Shown here in pieces: positions 38,754 to 40,543 of a stretch of DNA of 40,543 nt. The position numbers and the translations under genes were made by a program. Positions within the stretch are counted from its first letter, which is position 1. Each line of letters starts with the position of its first letter. Where the stretch lies: the sequence record SRR22947725_3392. The stretch is one strand, 5' to 3'. The notes under the pieces are model-generated. The model was given only the letters and a program-made list of their open reading frames with translations. It ran no database searches and had not been told where the DNA came from.

Positions 38754-39389
38754 GTGCCAGAGCCCACCGCCATAGCCTCGTTCTTGCTTGTTGCCATCGT
38801 GGTCATTGTGGTTCCAGGCCCCAGTGTGATCTTTGTCATTGGTCGGGCGATGATCCTGGGCACCACAGGAGCACTGCTGAGCGTGTGGGGTAATGCACTG
38901 GGCGTGGGCGTGCAGATCCTTGCGGTGGCCTTAGGGGTAGGGGCGCTGGTCTCTGCCTCAGACTTTTTGTTCACCGCCGTCAAGGTTCTGGGGTCAGGTT
39001 TTTTGGTCTACCTGGGGATTCAAGGGATTCGGCACCGAGCAGACTTTGCGGCGAGTCTCACCGAGGGTCAGACTGCCGGTGCCTCGCGAGTGCTCCTCGA
39101 CAGCATCGTGGTGGGACTTACCAACGCCAAAACACTGGTGTTCTTCATCGCCACCTTCCCGCTCTTTGTGAGCACGAGTGCTGGGTCACCGATCACGCAG
39201 ATGCTGGTCTTGGGTGGTCTCTTTTTCATCATTGGCGTGGCCAGTGACATGGTGTGGGCGATAGCTGCGGGGACAGCCCGAAAATGGCTCACGCATTCTC
39301 TAGAGCGACTTGCGGCGGTCAGGCTTGGTGGGGGAGTGGCACTGATTCTGCTTGGCCTCTACCTCTTCGCCTATTCGTTCGTGCTCTAG
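38754..39389 (+). CDS. LysE/RhtB family amino acid exporter
   Basis: VVPGPS, G.ALG, K.LG..FL.YLG, LTNAKTLVFF motifs; hydrophobic helices. Confidence 0.9.
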   Translation: MPEPTAIASFLLVAIVVIVVPGPSVIFVIGRAMILGTTGALLSVWGNALGVGVQILAVALGVGALVSASDFLFTAVKVLGSGFLVYLGIQGIRHRADFAASLTEGQTAGASRVLLDSIVVGLTNAKTLVFFIATFPLFVSTSAGSPITQMLVLGGLFFIIGVASDMVWAIAAGTARKWLTHSLERLAAVRLGGGVALILLGLYLFAYSFVL

Positions 39390-40482
39390 TCTCCGCGAAC
39401 GGCCCGGTCCACTTGGGCCCAGCTATGGAACGACACCGAACAATAACCGGGAATCAGAGCGCGAGTACTGGAGCCACTGGCAGCGAGGTCTTCGAGGAAC
39501 CACGTGAGGCGTGGCGAGAACAGGTTGGCAAACGAACCGAAAGCGACTCGGTCGGGGTGGTGATGCGCAAGAAAGGCCCCATACGCTTCGTAGTCGCCTA
39601 AGTCGCGACCAATCGAATCGGTGGAAGATTTCCACCAATCCAGCAGGGACCGTGCTCCCTGGGGAAACATTTCTCGAACGACATCAGTTTGCATTAGTTG
39701 GTGGTGGGTAACAAAACTGAGTTTCAGCTTTTTGGGAACCTGAAAGTAGTGAAAGACGTGTGTCATGAAGTCTTTGTGGTATTCGTTAGCCACCTGAAGC
39801 AATTGTTTACCCTCAGAGGTGAGCCACGTTTTGGGGGACAGTAAGAGGGTGTCGGCGTCCAGAATCAGCGAAGCCCTCGCGGTGGAGGCCACAGCGGCAG
39901 ACAACTTGATGAGTTGTTGTGTTACCCAGCCGGCGTTGCGGTCGCCACGACCGAATCTCTCCTCCAGTTCGTCGAGAATTTCTGCACCCAGTACGTCTTG
40001 ATCAAAGCGAATTTCCACCGTCGGATGATCGTTGAGGATGGAGTCCAAAATCTCTGTTGATTGCTCGCGGACAAACCGAGGGCCAGTCCCCTCGCGGTTG
40101 CGAGGGGTGATGAGGATGATGTGTTCGATGGGGTTTCGCACGTTCTCCACCGCGTGCTCAATGACGAGATCGAGAGATCTCAGGTCCTTTCCACAAAAGG
40201 CACCACGAGATCAATGGGTGGAAGGTTGCGGCTGCGCCGGAGTGGGTCGCGCGGCTGGCATAGCGAAACAAGAGCCCTGATGGGCTCTCTCAGGTGTTTT
40301 CCCTTGCGCAATGCTGCTTGGGTGTAAAGGTGGCGGGAAAAAGCCCCGAGAGTTTTGCTGTTGGTGCGGCGCAACAAACGCCTGGTCGCCTCAAGGACTG
40401 AATGAGTGAACTCTGACTTTGGCCTGGCGCCGTAAAAACGCACACTCCTCGGGGCCGTGGCTTGCTGGGGACTGCCGCTCAC
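39386..40482 (-). pseudogene. Glycosyltransferase-like (DUF6492-like, DxD) gene split by a 1-nt frameshift near 40188-40190
   Basis: Upstream frame ...LPPIDLVVPFVE joins downstream frame KDLRSLDLVIEHAVENVRNP...GWVTQQLIKL...LILDADT...HHQLM if one A is added; AAGGAG + GTG at 40482. Confidence 0.6.
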
Positions 40483-40512
40483 GGGACTCCTTGCGAATTT
40501 TTCCACTCTTTC

Positions 40513-40543
40513 GGTGGGCGATACTGGGATCGAACCAGTGACC
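40513..40543 (-). tRNA. 3' part of a tRNA, probably tRNA-Val (anticodon outside the window)
   Basis: Minus strand GGTC-ACTGG-TTCGATC-CCAGT-ATCGCCC-A-CC gives a T-arm and acceptor stem matching actinobacterial tRNA-Val as I recall it; full CCA not encoded (ACCG). Confidence 0.85.

Noticed and set aside
39254-39263. GTGGGCGATA, identical to tRNA 3'-end sequence at 40514-40523 (possible att repeat)
   Set aside because: Only 10 bp, inside the intact LysE ORF, and no integrase nearby; most likely chance.
1-40543. CRISPR arrays, IS elements, prophage, riboswitches, defence systems
   Set aside because: No spaced repeats, transposase, integrase or phage motifs seen; intergenic gaps are short (about 200 bp at most) and mostly explained by promoters.

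Overview
A GC-rich, very compact core-genome segment from an actinobacterium. Gene content and order suggest Microbacteriaceae, possibly a streamlined aquatic lineage (inference). In order it carries: glnA (partial), RDD, DUF4191, sucB/dlaT, lpdA, pepA, PAC2-family, sigA, murT/gatD-like, two alanine-racemase-like genes, a small CxxC protein, convergent parE/parC, a nucleotide pyrophosphatase, sepH, the DUF4193-DUF3093-dut-DUF3710-DUF3159 block, acnA, dxs, fadB/fadA, rnd, DUF3000, RibD_C, sufE, sseA, zapE, nhaA, amtB, a LysE transporter, a frameshifted glycosyltransferase-like gene and the 3' end of a tRNA (probably Val). No mobile elements or CRISPR arrays were seen. The best candidate for a new system is 9193-12848. 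It pairs a MurT ligase with a GatD that lacks its catalytic Cys and His. Next to them are two complementary Alr-like genes: one keeps the PLP-Lys barrel but has lost the catalytic Tyr loop, the other keeps the Tyr domain but has lost the Lys and barrel. I infer a heterodimeric racemase plus a repurposed ligase that may build the D-Glu alpha-carboxyl bridge of group-B peptidoglycan. Regulatory signals read from the DNA include GlnR-type boxes at glnA and amtB, a TATCT-N8-AGATA operator before acnA, and many leaderless promoters. All family assignments come from motif recognition by eye; no database searches were run.
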